Assembly: GCA_040954595.2 (NCBI GenBank)
Contig: CM082595.2
Span: forward strand, 3,209,943-3,273,942
DNA from: Balanoglossus misakiensis
Taxonomy: Eukaryota > Animalia > Hemichordata
Direction of reading: 5' to 3'
Length of the DNA: 64,000 nucleotides
Below the pieces are notes generated by a model. It saw only the letters and a program-made list of their open reading frames with translations, ran no database searches and was not told the origin of the DNA. This document shows, piece after piece, positions 1 through 13,700 of the stretch; the first letter of the stretch is position 1, and each line of letters opens with the position of its first letter. The position numbers were made by a program, and so were the translations under genes.

Positions 1-1
1 A

Positions 2-892
2 ATGGATCTCCGAATAGTTCTTATTCTTCTTGCCGGAGCTGTGTTAGAAACAACACAGAATGTAATGTTATCTACCTTTATTTGCCGAATATGATGCACA
101 AAGTGACTTGTAATACAAAACAACAAACCATGTCGTTTTCAATGATGTACATGGCAGCAGTTTCACTCTGCTTGATATCTCTAAAACCAAGTTACCTTAA
201 TGCTAATTACAATCTCTACATTTTTCCCATTGCCTTCTGCTGCACAGAACTGCCCACGTAAGTGCCAAGTCAAATTCAATAGCAATATCTGATGCAAAAG
301 TGGATGATACGTTTTTCCATTGGTTCAGTCTAAACCCATTGTTTTCTATGGGAAGGTTGTACCTCTAAAGAGGGAACTGGGGGTGAAAGGGTTAATATAG
401 TTATAGGCGTGTACTGAATAGAAATAAACTCGGTTTTCACACATATATTTTGTTGTATATTTCCGGCCAGCATCATTCTGTTTGTGTAAGAGATATGAGG
501 TGCACTGTCAGATGCCCGCAAATGCCAACACTGCAGGATTGACGTACTACCAATATGCCCAGCAGAAGTGCGCGGAACGGGGTGGCTACGTGGCTAACCT
601 GCTGACTGCAACAGTCAACTCCAAGGTGAAGGAATTCATCGCGCAAGAAGGTCTTGATGGACCCCCCTGCATCGACAAATACGGGTTCTTCATCAGCTTG
701 GGTGATTCCAACGCTGAGGGGGTGTACGTCTGGGGCAACGGACAGCCAATATGTCGGGACGCCTTCACAGATTGGGCCATGAATGAACCAAACAATAATG
801 ACAGAAGAAACCCCGATGGACAGGACTGTGTACAACTCTGGTACATACTTATAATTGTATATTGGACAATGTTATCTTACAAACTGAATGAG

Positions 893-929
<37 letters not shown>

Positions 930-1884
930 GACTGACTGACTGACTGACTAACTGACTTACTTAATTAATTATTAAGTGCATTCATAACTAAAGTTAACAT
1001 TGTTAATTTACTAAGTAGGTAAGTAAGGACTGGTAAGTAAGTCTATTCATATATACTGGTATTTCTAACTATTAAATTGAATAATGTATAATGTTGATTC
1101 AGTCTGCCTAGAATTAATTACACAGTTATTTATTTAATTAAAATTATTTACATGCAAAACAAGCTGAATGGAGTTGATTAAATAATTAGTTGTATTTGTG
1201 TACTTAATTTGCATGTGGCATATTTGTAACAATGAATTGGAATATGCATGAAAAGTCCAGTTTAATTTTCAGGTTTGACTGCCATTTTTTACTGATTCCA
1301 TTGCGTGTTGATATTTCAGGTACAGATTTGGTCACAATGGTAAATGGGACGACGAGTACTGCAATTTCAGACCAAAGGGTTTCATCTGTGAAATTCCAAG
1401 TAAGTTCTAACTTATTTTAATCAGTAAACCTTTATATGGATGAAAACACATACATACATACATACATACATACATACATACATACATACATACATACATA
1501 CATACATACATACATACATACATACATACATACATACATACATACATACATACATACATACATACATACATACATACATACATACATACATACATACATA
1601 CATACATACATACATACATACATACATACATACATACATACATACATACATACATACATACATACATACATACATAGAAAATGCAAATGACGTCGATCTT
1701 AGGTATGTGGATGTATGTATGTTACAGATAGACATGTATCCACACACACACATACAAACAAACACACATACAAATGCTACATGTACATACAAGCCTTTAA
1801 GGATTAATTACTTTAAAATGTGATATATTATTCACCATTTCTGTTGCAGACCACTGTTGTTGCAGTCCTGATGCAAAGGCCTAA
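2..1884 (+). CDS. Secreted C-type lectin (EPN type), 5 coding exons: 2-61, 248-257, 471-840, 1320-1399, 1850-1884
   Basis: Signal-peptide-like MDLRIVLILLAGAVLETT; all GT-AG junctions keep frame; CTLD motifs CAERGGYVA, FFISLGD, WAMNEPNN, DCVQLW, WDDEYC, FICE; AATAAA near 1997. Confidence 0.88.
321..395. repeat. Copy of a short interspersed repeat (TTAACCC-ended, MITE-like)
   Basis: Near-identical to 55139-55213; related to 20901-20996 and inverted 61051-61080. Confidence 0.8.
893..962. repeat. (TTAC)n/(TGAC)n microsatellite
   Basis: Direct reading; lectin intron 3. Confidence 0.9.
1449..1676. repeat. (TACA)n microsatellite
   Basis: About 57 perfect units; explains the spurious MYVC/YIHT ORFs. 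Confidence 0.98.
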
Positions 1885-2051
1885 AAAAAGAAGATCAGGA
1901 CACTTATCAACTGCCAAGATCAGACATATAGTTACCATGCAATAGTTAATTGGATTAGCATGCATCCTGAAAAAGTGATGGGATTTCTTAGTATTTAATA
2001 AACCAAGCAGAAAGTGCATATTCTATAGTCTGTATGCTTCTGTTCTGTATT

Positions 2052-2204
2052 CAGTGTGCCCTCTATAAAGTCTATATGACACACCACTGACTCAACAAAC
2101 TCACTGGTGACTCAAGAAAAGTATCCACACTGACTCAGAGACGTTTAAAGAAATCTTCTTTTTGGCTCAAGGTGCTTAAAAATTGTTTGTTAGAGGGCAC
2201 ACTG
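2052..2204. mobile_element. 153-bp MITE, hAT-like
   Basis: Perfect 14-bp TIRs CAGTGTGCCCTCTA/TAGAGGGCACACTG; flanks TCTGTATT vs CCTATATT (6/8, possible degenerate 8-bp TSD). Confidence 0.6.
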
Positions 2205-2528
2205 CCTATATTCATATATCAGAGGGCATTAACATTTCTTGGCTACACCACTGTTGAAAGAAAACATCAACAAAACACAATTGCCAGTTGATGTGAGTAG
2301 AAAAGTTTAATAAATGAAACTGATTGTGACAAAAGTTTACATAATTTTAATTTAAATGGTGATAAAATTAGAGAAAACGTCATTTGTCATGTAAAATATT
2401 TGGGAGAACTGCTTTTGAAGTCAAGTGTAGAGTTAATGTAATATGAGTGGCTAAAACTCGCGAAACTGATTAGATTTGCTGTGATCAGTTCAAACGGTGT
2501 AACTTTCTGAACGCGGTGGTTGCGAAGG

Positions 2529-2542
2529 ACGCCACCTGTAGG
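2529..2542 (-). promoter_or_regulatory. CTCF-like motif
   Basis: ACGCCACCTGTAGG resembles the reverse complement of the CTCF core CCASYAGRKGGCRS. Confidence 0.35.
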
Positions 2543-5500
2543 CGACAATCTTCACTCCCTTGTTTACGGAAACCATACAACGCACCGGCGCAGTGCCATA
2601 CAAAACGATCGTGATGATTATATACTTGTCTCTGCAAACGTTTTCACGTTTATCACGCGACATAATGAATTTAACATATTCGTTGCAATAAATTATAATA
2701 CGCACTGGAGAGACAGGTCCATTTCATACTTTACTTATCTGTTTTATGGTGATCTACCAACAATGTAAAGCATAGGTCAGACATTATGATACAGACGGTG
2801 GACATGTCAAGGACAGTCTAGTGTACTCTCGTGAGTCGAGTGAGCAAAAACATGTAGTCTAGAGCTAGTACTAGACTATGTGTCTAGTCGCTCTAGGTCA
2901 TGTATGTATGAGTATTGAAATGGAACCGACTAATGATAAAACTGAGCCGTATGATAAGCACATCACTGATCAGTGATCGAACAGATTTTATCTTAGATTG
3001 ATGGAAAGTGGAAATAACTTCTTGATCAAAGCATAGACCCCCTCTCTCTAAGGTCTATGATCAAAGATCAAAGCAACTTTATCTCTGGACTGTAATTAGA
3101 CCTATAGCTTCTTTTGGCGCAAAACATTTTCTGGCTGTTTTAGACCCGCTAAAGTGTTTTCTGTAACAATGTTAAACGTTTAAAAATTAAGTACTATATG
3201 TAGTGGCCACGTGGGGTAGCTAATGGATAGAGCTCCCCATTTCCCATAACAATTATGTACATTGAAACAATTTGCGTTGAGTCAACACGTCAATTAACCA
3301 TGTTTATACGCTAAACGACCAATACATCATACATTGTATCCGACAGCGATAAGTGTGATGACGTAGTGACTAAATGCGAGCTCAGTCAGCCCATAACGTG
3401 ACAACATCTCCTCCTCGACTGGTCGTCGACCCGATTGCGAACTTAAAGTGGGTCACGAACGCCGTAATTTTGACGACACGTACCCCCTACAGATTGATAA
3501 AGATCATGGTCGAAGTTTAATGTCATTCGGCAAGGACTGGTTGTAATCAACAAGGAGACGCGACTCTCCCGTTCTCCTTTTTAAGCATTGCGTGATCTCG
3601 CGAGGGTCACAGTTAATTTCCTTATGCATGACGTCATGACGTCAGAGCAGGTCATATTTCTTAGACACGAAGGCCGAATGTTGTCACGGCAACGAACGGC
3701 CTGCGGTGCGGTGTCTGGGTTGGGACTTGTGTACAAAATGAAATGTACATCACAATAGTGCGTCTTTACAGTCACGCCTTCTGCGCTCGCGTCACTTTCA
3801 ATTGCGTATTTATACCAGAACGCTATCCTTCAAGTTTCAATATCTGCTGGCAGGGACATTTCCATATCGGGCAATTCAATGCCAAGGCGCCCGCGGAATT
3901 CAGACAAATCGTGGGAATTGGCCATGCTAACTCAACAACAGATGGGATTCTGTGGTTTTTACATTTGAATGGGAGAGATACGCTGAATTTGCTAGCCTTG
4001 TTCATGTTGTTTGGGTGATATTTATCTGGAGAGAATGATGTGTCTACTTTTTTCATTGCTTGAATCGACACACACTAATTAACCCCCCATAAAGCATAAT
4101 GCAGGAAGCCGAAGGCGTTCACAGGCTACATCTTACGTATCAGTCTCTCTCAGTTCTTCGACCATGGCAGTATGTATTAATAAATTCGTTCGCCGGCGTC
4201 ATCAAGGTCTTTGAAGCCACACTTTGAAAGGTCAGAACAATCAGCGACAAAGAAACGATTTCAGAGGGACAGAAATGTATGAATCTTTAGTAACTATGCG
4301 TGAATGTAACAAGATCGGTATTTATAACTGTCTCTGGTGGACCTAAACGGAATAAAGGAAGGCTAGTTCGAATGTGGACATTTTGTATAACTTTATAGGT
4401 GATCCCATCCTAATACTTACTTCTACAATTTCAAAACAAGTTATTCAAATATCACTGCTGCGAAACTGATGTGATTAAAATATACAAAAGTACTTATGTT
4501 TTAAAAATCTTACATTACATCCTCCAGTTTTTAAATGTGTCTACTCTAAGTTTCCCACTGTAGATCGGTGTTTAATGATCAGGAAGGAATGGATATTTAT
4601 AGACCACAGTCTGGACCATGCCATGTGTACACGCGGTCCTCATTACAACTACACGTGACATTGTATACAATTATAGGCCTACACGGTACACGCACAAATA
4701 CGTGGATTTAACGTACTTACTGACCAGTACATGTGGTGCGCGTGGCTTATTAAGTTACTGGGCACACGTGTCTATATTTGGCGGATGTTATGCCCGCCTT
4801 TAATACTTTTGTTCTCGAGTGTCGGATTTGCTTTAATAATAACTGGTCCCAACCATGCAGATTGCTGGTAGCTGTGGTAACGTAGCTGTACCGCCCCCCC
4901 CCCCCCCAACGGTGCAGCTGCGTTATCACAGCTAGCGTTCTGGTAGTGTTCAACATTTATTGGATAGGATGACTAGATAAGCCCACACCCTCAAAATATC
5001 TAGAACATACTCGAGAATAGTAAATAGGCGTCCAACTTACTTCATCTCTTCTTGTAAGTTGTAGCGTCATCTGCACATGCTTCCGAAATTTCCGAAACTT
5101 GAAACATTCCTAAAAGTAGGGAAAGTACGCATCCAGGAATACGTAAACACATTCCTCTGTTCGTCCTTGGTAGCTGTGTATCCAGGAGGATTGTATACAA
5201 AACGAACCATTGTATTTTTCTGTGTCTTACAGGTTAAAAATAACAAAATTAGCACGATTACAGCAGACGACACGAGCATAGCCGCCATCTTTCAAATTTT
5301 GACCCTTTGACCTCAATGGCGATGACGTCATTTGATTGCGCCCTCTACAAGAAAACTTCTTTAAACTTTCGTATGATGCACGTGATTGGAGATCTTTTCA
5401 TTCATTAAAACGAGCTGAATTTCTGTATTTATACAGCGAACGCAAGATATTCCCTGATACCAAAGTCGATAAACCCTTATCAGTTTTCCAATGCATCCGA

Positions 5501-8500
5501 TCCAATGGGTATAAATGGATTTGAACACAAAACTGCACAGATGACCAACTTTATGTGAAAACTGGGACTCACTAATTTATATAGCTTCAAGGCCACGTAC
5601 TCCGGAAAAGAAGACTGGTCTCACACTCGCATGAAACCTGTCTCCTGCTTCTACATGCCAGCTACGATCGTGGATAAGACATTGACAATCGACAGGAAGG
5701 GCATTCATAATTAAATAATCAGACACACGGTGCACAAGGGTGATTGAAGCACCGGGAAACGTGTCGAGATATAGAAACGAAAAACAAAGCCATGGATTGA
5801 TAACCGAGAGACAAAAATTAACCATACAGGGACTGAGGGTAGTGATTACTTTCAAGTGATTCAATTCTGAAAGCGAGGACCATCCAAATAGAATTTAATA
5901 AAGGATACAATTATAATTTAAATATTCAGCTGGTGTCCTCTATTTTTGCCAATGTCAGGCACATTGCATAATGGTTCTCAACAAGCTAATTATTGCATAT
6001 TTAAATGTAATATTCATGTATGCCTTCCACAATCACGGCGCAAAAAACCCCAACACACTTCACAATGGAAATATCACAGACTCAATTTCTTCCATACATC
6101 AAATTTTTATTAAATAAAGTCTACGACATTCACAGTCAAGTTAAGTATAATTACTCTACACGATACATCTACATACAAACTGTACAGACATAAACAGATA
6201 AATCTAAAATCTCTCCCTTTTTAAAAAAAAACTGTAGATACTAAGATACCTCCAACAATTGCATTTCCAAAGTTGTTGAAGCCTGAAAACTAGGTGTGTG
6301 ACCCCTTTCTTCATTTGTAATCATGCTTTTATGTTCAACAGAATATATTGTTGTCATCAACACAATAGATAGGATATCCTCTATTTTCTATTACCTGTAT
6401 GGTGTGGAGAAAAATGGAGATTTGGACAATTACATTCAGAACACAAAAAAGGGGTGATCACACCCAGAAGTCAGGCTGTTGTTTTTATAAATTATTCCCC
6501 TTTAGATAAAAATACAGGATATTCACCAGAAATTGATACAAGACTTGGTCTAGCAGTATAAATAAAGAGTTGCCCTTTTGACAAATGTAATAGTAAAAAC
6601 GAAGTCAATGTTGTTAACACGATTTCTGATAGGTCTTCTGTATTGCAAAGAATCAACGTTTCATAGCTTTACTGCACATGCTCAATAACCTCCACCAGTC
6701 AACGAACGACTCTGGTGTCATTGACCCCAATGATTAACAGTCTGGTAATATTATGCGAAGTGGCTAAGAACGACAAAATTCATGAAGGATTGCGTTATGA
6801 ACTGATTCTACACTGTGATCTTTACAAAATGTAACATGACCCGCCCTCGAGTCAAGTAACAGTGAAATCGTAAACTTGTGCAAGAAATAAAACGTCTAAT
6901 TGTAACATAGTTCAGGTCTGAGGCAAAAGAAAATCCAGGATGTACAAAAAAAGAAATTGCGTATCGATTTCCTGCATTTGTAGATTTTCCCTGAAAAATG
7001 CCAGAACTGTTGGGAACTCGCTGACTTGATACTTAATTTTACACTATATTATCTTTTCGAGTTGGTGTTTGATTGTGCTATAATGCCATATACAGGAAAT
7101 CTCGCAGTCAATGCAAGGACGATCTCTCACCCGTCGCCCCTCACATTCAATGTGGACTTCTTCACAAATTCCCTCCCCTTGGTTTTCTCGGTTTACGAGG
7201 TCATTAACCTACCTCCCACCTACTTAATCATCCCACTGGAATTGCTTGAACCACCACACACAAACAACTGTATTGATTTAGTGGTATTACTCTAGACAAG
7301 CTTGATGAATATCACACTTGATTTTGTTATTTCCATTGCAGAATTTAGTCTACAGCTAAACATTATCTCAGATCAGTCACTAATTTAAAACAGAACAATC
7401 ATGATGAAAATTCCACATTCTAAAATTCGTTAGAAATTTTCATTTCAAGATACACTATAAAATAAATTGACAACGCTAAATATTTGGCATCAAAATAATA
7501 TAACTACGATTATTCCATTGGTGGCAGCTCAAATTGGACAAATTTCTCTGGTACAAAAATCATTTCAGACATACAGTGCCGAAAAGTGGCAAATTTTCAC
7601 GAGTGTAAAATAAGCTGGACCAAACCAGACTTCTTCCTTATATACAAAATACAGTATTGCACCAGTTTAAAGAGCTGACTTGGAAACTGACCGCATTATT
7701 ACAAAAAAAGTACACATTTACAAAATTGAGCAGTAACGGGGGAAACAAGTTTCAGCCTGTTTTGCCTTGTCCATTGCTAAAAGAAACGCAATTCTACGGT
7801 TAAAACTTGCATAGCACTGCCATACCTCAGGTGATCCCACTGGAAACATTCGAAATAAAAAAAAATAGTTTATAGTAAAATAGAGCCTCAGAAAAAAGAT
7901 GCGGATCAGCACACACAAGCCAACCAGTCACTATCAATCTTCTAAAAACATGGAAGGATTTTTTGAGCGATCTCTCTCCTTAGCACCTCTTTTGATGGGT
8001 TTCCAACGAATACATAATTTGTCGAGAATTGGGAAAACACCAACTTGGAATCACAAATTCAGTTTTGTTCCCTTTGAACCAAGAACACGAAAGACGAGAA
8101 AATTAACGAATTTCATTCTCGGATCGTTTCATAGAAGTCAGCGTTATAGAAAAATTCAGGGATTTTCAGTACTGTATTTTTCTTCTTTCTTACATTGAGA
8201 CAGTACAATAGCTGAGAAGTTGATGTGATTTCTTGTGATTTTTTACTATAATACAGATTCTAGAATATCTGTCTTTCCAGTGAATTTCTTTAATGTCCAT
8301 AAACTTGATTGCAGTCCTGTCCTTGTGGTCAGTGTAAACACCTTTATCTTGGAACCTGATCGTGTTTTGATCGTCGCACAATCCACACAACATCTCGGAT
8401 CAGAAACGGGCCCCAACACTTTTATAATGAGTTCCCTTGTGTCTGCGAGGCAAGAGACATAATCAGGGGGGCCTTGGTGCTTAGGTTTAGTCCTCTCAGT

Positions 8501-8529
8501 GTTCATCAAGATGGATGACAGTGTGATGT

Positions 8530-10729
8530 TTACTGATACAAAAGGTAGTTTTTGAGTACTGTGGGTAAAGGAAGGTCAAACACTTTGTGAAGTCTTTCCT
8601 TGCCGACTGACACCCTGATTGCACGTCTACACAGATCCATGAGAGGTAGTGGCTCAGCTGTAGAGAAAAAATACAGAAAAAATAATTGTTAGTATAAATA
8701 TCAAATTTGGACAGATAATTTGAAATAGATGTACCCTTCTCTATGGCACCCTGCAAGTCTCTCACAAGCATCGTTGGACCATTTTGATAATCAGTGATCT
8801 TATTCATTAAAATTTAAAACACTGATGTTCTAACACCGGCTTGCTGTTTATTCCTCCAAAAGCTGCGATTACATTTGACTCGCAGGACAACATAATGCAT
8901 CACTGCTAAATCTGATGGTGGGAAAACATACCAGCTGATCCCCAGCTGCTGTTGACAAGGACAATACAAACATGCAAATAACATCAATTTCCATGATAAT
9001 AAGGTGCTCACAGACGCACGCAAAGTGCCATGTAAACAAGTGATGTATGGACGAAGTGGGACAGAGCAATTATTTTGGTTTTATCTGAGAGCAAGTTGAG
9101 TTACCCAACAAATATTTTCATGGAAAACAATTGGCTATGTATCACAAGAAACAACCCCAATTATGACGGGAAAGGGTTAATATGCCTGAAATTTACATGT
9201 TTTGTAAACTAGTTTGAAATTTCATAATACTGGCAAAATATTAAACAGTGGCTGTTTCATGTCCACTTACAATCAACACCAAAACTGTAGCTTTGATGTT
9301 GCTTATCTGGGGCATTGCAATCTAATACCCACCAACACGTATTCGTTGGCACAGAGGTAGAGAGCCAGACATTGTAGAGAACAATCACACAGATTATCAA
9401 AATGGAAACCAGTGTCCTTTACAGAGAAAGCCACACCCCTGCTAATGAATAGGCTTGCCTACGTTACAATCAAGAATAGTCAAGCGATTCAAGGTCCATG
9501 GGGTTGAAAGGGTGAAAAAGTTGTGATACTTCTTAACACAAAGCAAGTTCCAATTACGAAGGAATCTGATTCTAGCGCCACACGCTTTCTTTTATCTGAA
9601 CTGAAGTTTCTTGATTACGAGGAACAAACACACATTCTGACGACATACAGGATATGATCTTAACTGCTATCTTAAACATGATTTTTTGTTTAGATCAGTC
9701 TGATTTGTCATGTGTGAGTAATTCAACACTTAAAAAACACCCAGCGACAATGGCCTTTTCAAATGTCAGAACCAACAGTTACTATTCTGGGAGAGGTGGA
9801 CAGTGTTTTTATGGCATCCGACAAAGTGATCAATGTTATGACTCCAGGAGCAAGATTTTCTCTCGGTCTGGTGAAGCTGCAGATAGCATGTGTTGTATCA
9901 ATGTGTAATGTATACCCCACAAACCATACCAATTGTTGTAAGAATACAATCCATGGCCCAGTTCCGCCATTTTAGGTTGAAGAAGGTTTTCTTCAAAAGG
10001 GGTACATACATGTATGTTTAACATGTAATACTTACGATCAAGTCCTCCGATGTATTTCATGGTAATTTCACAATGTCCCCACACAGCACTGACAACGGGA
10101 TACAATTTCTTTCCTTTAAGTCCTCTGAAAGCAATTCCAAGATACTGTCCGTCCACAACAAAACTCAATGTTCCCTCGTCCATGTCCAGTACGACGAGAA
10201 ACTTATCGGGGACGACGAAGTTCTCGTCCGAGTTCAAGAGAGTGGGATACGTGGAGCCTGGGTTGGTTTTGACGTCGTGATACAGTTTGTTCCTGCCCAG
10301 ATCCCAGCCCCACGATTCCCCGTTGCTTCCTATGAGAGACTGGTAACCAACACAATGTAAAGGTGCTGCCTTGGTGGCCACTCCGACCACGGCGTGCGTG
10401 CCCCTCTGGCGCGTATTCCAATGAACCTCCCACACGTGGAGCCCCCGCGTATAGCCCTGTTTCCCCCGCACCGAGTCAGTACTTTGCGCGACCGGGTGGC
10501 GGTGGAACGTATACGGGTCGTCCTCCTTCACAAAAATGTTCAGTGATCGGTCGTTTTCATTCCACGAGTGTTTCAGCTGAATGTCTTTGGGGACAGCGGG
10601 CATATCCAGCAGAATGTCCAGCCGGCTGGGTTTATGGAGATCCATGCTGAGGATGTAGTCTTTATTAAGTGGCTTGTAGACTGGCTCTCGGGCAATCGTC
10701 TTTATACCACCTGAAACTTTCTGGCCCAT
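8530..10729 (-). CDS. SPSB1: SPRY domain and SOCS box protein (SPSB1/4, gustavus orthologue); exons 10729-10036 and 8657-8530
   Basis: MGQKVSGG start; [47 protein letters not shown] motifs; SOCS box [15 protein letters not shown]...[14 protein letters not shown]; long 3' UTR to a minus-strand AATAAA near 6106. Confidence 0.95.
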
Positions 10730-13700
10730 AGTTGCATCAGGACTGGCTTGATTTTTTTTGGAGTTGTACTGAGTTGCAAGAACCAGCAACTGTTCGGCCC
10801 TAGAGCTGAGGGTCTAGTGTTACCGCTTTTTGTTGTCGGCAGTCAAGGAGACTATTCACTTATCAAGAAGTCAGGCAAGCAGAAATCAAAATACTGCAAC
10901 AAGAAAAAGAGGAAAGGCAAAATGTTAGTGATAAATATCTCTGTAATTCCTTGACAAGTACACATCACACTGTGAATACAATGTCCTTGCTAAAAACGAC
11001 GTTCGGTTCGGTATATACAAGTCCTATTTAAGCAGCAGAATCCTGACTACTTTCATAAAGGATGAAGGTTACTTACAGAGCATACACATACACAACGCTG
11101 GTCACAAAAATGTTAGTACGCCAAAGTTTTGTCTGAAGCGCGAACGGTCCTCTCAGACTACAAAGGACACAGTGTTTCTGGTGTGGCATTTGCACTCGAA
11201 CTGACCCGAACGGCCCAACTGACTGACAAATGCTGCCAACGTCCCTGGGTCCATTTGGTTAGCCATGAACTAAGAATAGAGCGTGTCCTTATAACAACTG
11301 TGGGCTGGCCTTGACCAGAGTTGAGTGCTGGAACACTCCTTGGTAAGAAGGGCAAACCAACGCGCGCTGCAATGCATGCTGTGTAATCGACTGAGGTCAA
11401 ACTTCCAAAGAAGAAGCCACGCCGGTAAAACGACCTAACTCAAGATACTAAATTAGTCAGGTCCCCCTCCCCTGAACATTTTAAACTTACACAATACACG
11501 AGACCATCTCTTTTTCAATCGACATGAACCTTGGCGCTTTTGCGAGAAACTGGTTACACAAAAGCACCATGTACTTTTATCAGAGAGAAACAGCAGGGGT
11601 CAGAGAATGGCCAGAACAATGGAGACCGGTGAACTAATGTTCGTCAGGTTTCTGGTCGTTACAGTCACACATCAAATACACAGTAGGATGCGTGAATAGA
11701 GAGTTCCAATGCACTCCACATGTTTTTCTGTCTGAGTGAAGGCTATCCGTTCACTTCATCAGCAAGCTTTTTTCACTTCGAAGATGAGTAATCATGTTAA
11801 CAGACCGTCCGACCTTCGACTATCTATGTCTGACTCCCTAATTTCCTGTTTTCATGTTACCATGGGGATTTACGATGCCACACTTGGACCATATTGGCGG
11901 GGATGATTCTGAACTAATGAGTACTACTTGTGTGATGGAATATTCCTCTTCTCGGAAATCAGTTTTATACAAGTGTCCCTAATGATTTTGAACAGATGAT
12001 GCCACTCAGAGGAGGGTGATGATGATGAAAAGTGTGGCAAGTCTGGAGGTCACAACAATCATAAATTCACAAAAGAAGAAAGAGTATAAACGGCAGTAAT
12101 CCATGATTGGTAATTTATGAACATTTGGTACCATGTATGTATTTTCATCCAACATATGGAGAATTCTGCCGGTGGCGGCCATCTTGAGAAACACACAAAC
12201 ATAAAAATCACATCTACAGCCCGGCCTGCATCTACACACCAAATATCGAGGAGATAAACCCAGGTATTTTCAAGTTCTTGATGTGGATGGGACCTAACAA
12301 ATTATGAGAAGCTTACAGGAAGGTCTTCACCTTCACAGGATAATCAGGTGATTTGATAACAATCAGGGATTGAAATGAAAACAAGCATAACATTCTTTCC
12401 AAGGTCTAAGCTACCCTACTAATCTACAATCCACTGTGCAGTGCCACACCTTTACATCAAATGAAGGCATCGCTGTTATGATCTATGATCTAGCCGATGT
12501 AAACATCTACTTGGCAGCAATGATGCCCCAGCTGGTAACTTTACAACACTTTGGAGTTCTTTTGTTAATGTATTACCAGTACTAAAAACCCAAGCCAACA
12601 TGGCAAGTGTTTACAGGCCAACTGCACCAACTCATAACACAAAACGTAAAATCCATAATGCCTAGACTTGTCACATATATGAAAAACATCTTCTTAGAAA
12701 AACAAATATATCACACGTTCAAGAAACCAACCAACGCATTGCTCATGACCTTGTAGGTTAAATATAACCAAACCACTTAGCATTACTTGGAAGATATCGG
12801 CAGCAAGAACTAATACATAGCTCATAAATATTATTCCTCTCATCAACTATATTCATTGACTTACAACACAAATAAATAAGACTATTATTAGGTATTGAAT
12901 GGGTATCTGCCTGAAGATATTTACCACATAAAAATTTCATATCATTTGATTGGGTCTGAGTACTAGACTGTGGTTCACAGTGCAAGCAGTTTTCATCAGT
13001 GACGGTTTGAACAATAGATGTGTGAAACATCAATATGACCAGATGTAGGTTGAAAATAATTAGAAGCATGACAAAAGAATTGCCGTATCATCACTAGCAA
13101 TTGGCTATTGTATTTAGAGGTACAATACAATTCTCACTTCATTATTAATATACTCGCTGATTATAGCTTAACTTAAAATATTACTAGACTCCTTTCTGTT
13201 TAATTGCGAGAATCTCACATTGTCTATTTCGACATCAGTAGGTACATCTTCCATGCATTGTAGTGTACAGTAGCCTCCTTTCACAGTCAGCACTCAATGA
13301 AAATAAATCCATTTTTTATGCGACATCGAATGTTTCAGTTGCCAGAATAAAACTCTGTTTACTACACGTTCCAGTCATATCAAAACACCATGCCTTATGA
13401 CATCTCTGGCGTACTCAGTTTTTTTTCGTCATAAACAAGGCTATTGAACTATTCAGAGTTAAGGGACAATGACGCCACTATGTCAGTAATCATTAACACA
13501 GCACAAAGTTCGTGACCCACCCTCGCTGAATGTTTCAGCTGGTCTGACATCACATGTTTCCGTGTAAACAACAATTTTTTTCTATCAGCGCGTGTCAACA
13601 GGATATCAATGGAACCCAGCAGGATAAACACTTCGCAATCAGCAAAATATGACATCATAAATATAAATTATATTTGATGAGATTAAAAGTATAAAACAGT

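Noticed and set aside
1407-1823. Long MYVC/YIHT repeat ORFs
   Set aside because: Translation of an intronic (TACA)n microsatellite
3204-3240. tRNA-like 5' segment (GGCCACGTGG...TAATGGATAGAGC)
   Set aside because: No B box, T arm or acceptor stem follows
9836-10789. 317-aa single-exon reading of SPSB
   Set aside because: True ATG is 10729 and the frame splices at 10036 to the SOCS-box exon; both extensions are artefacts
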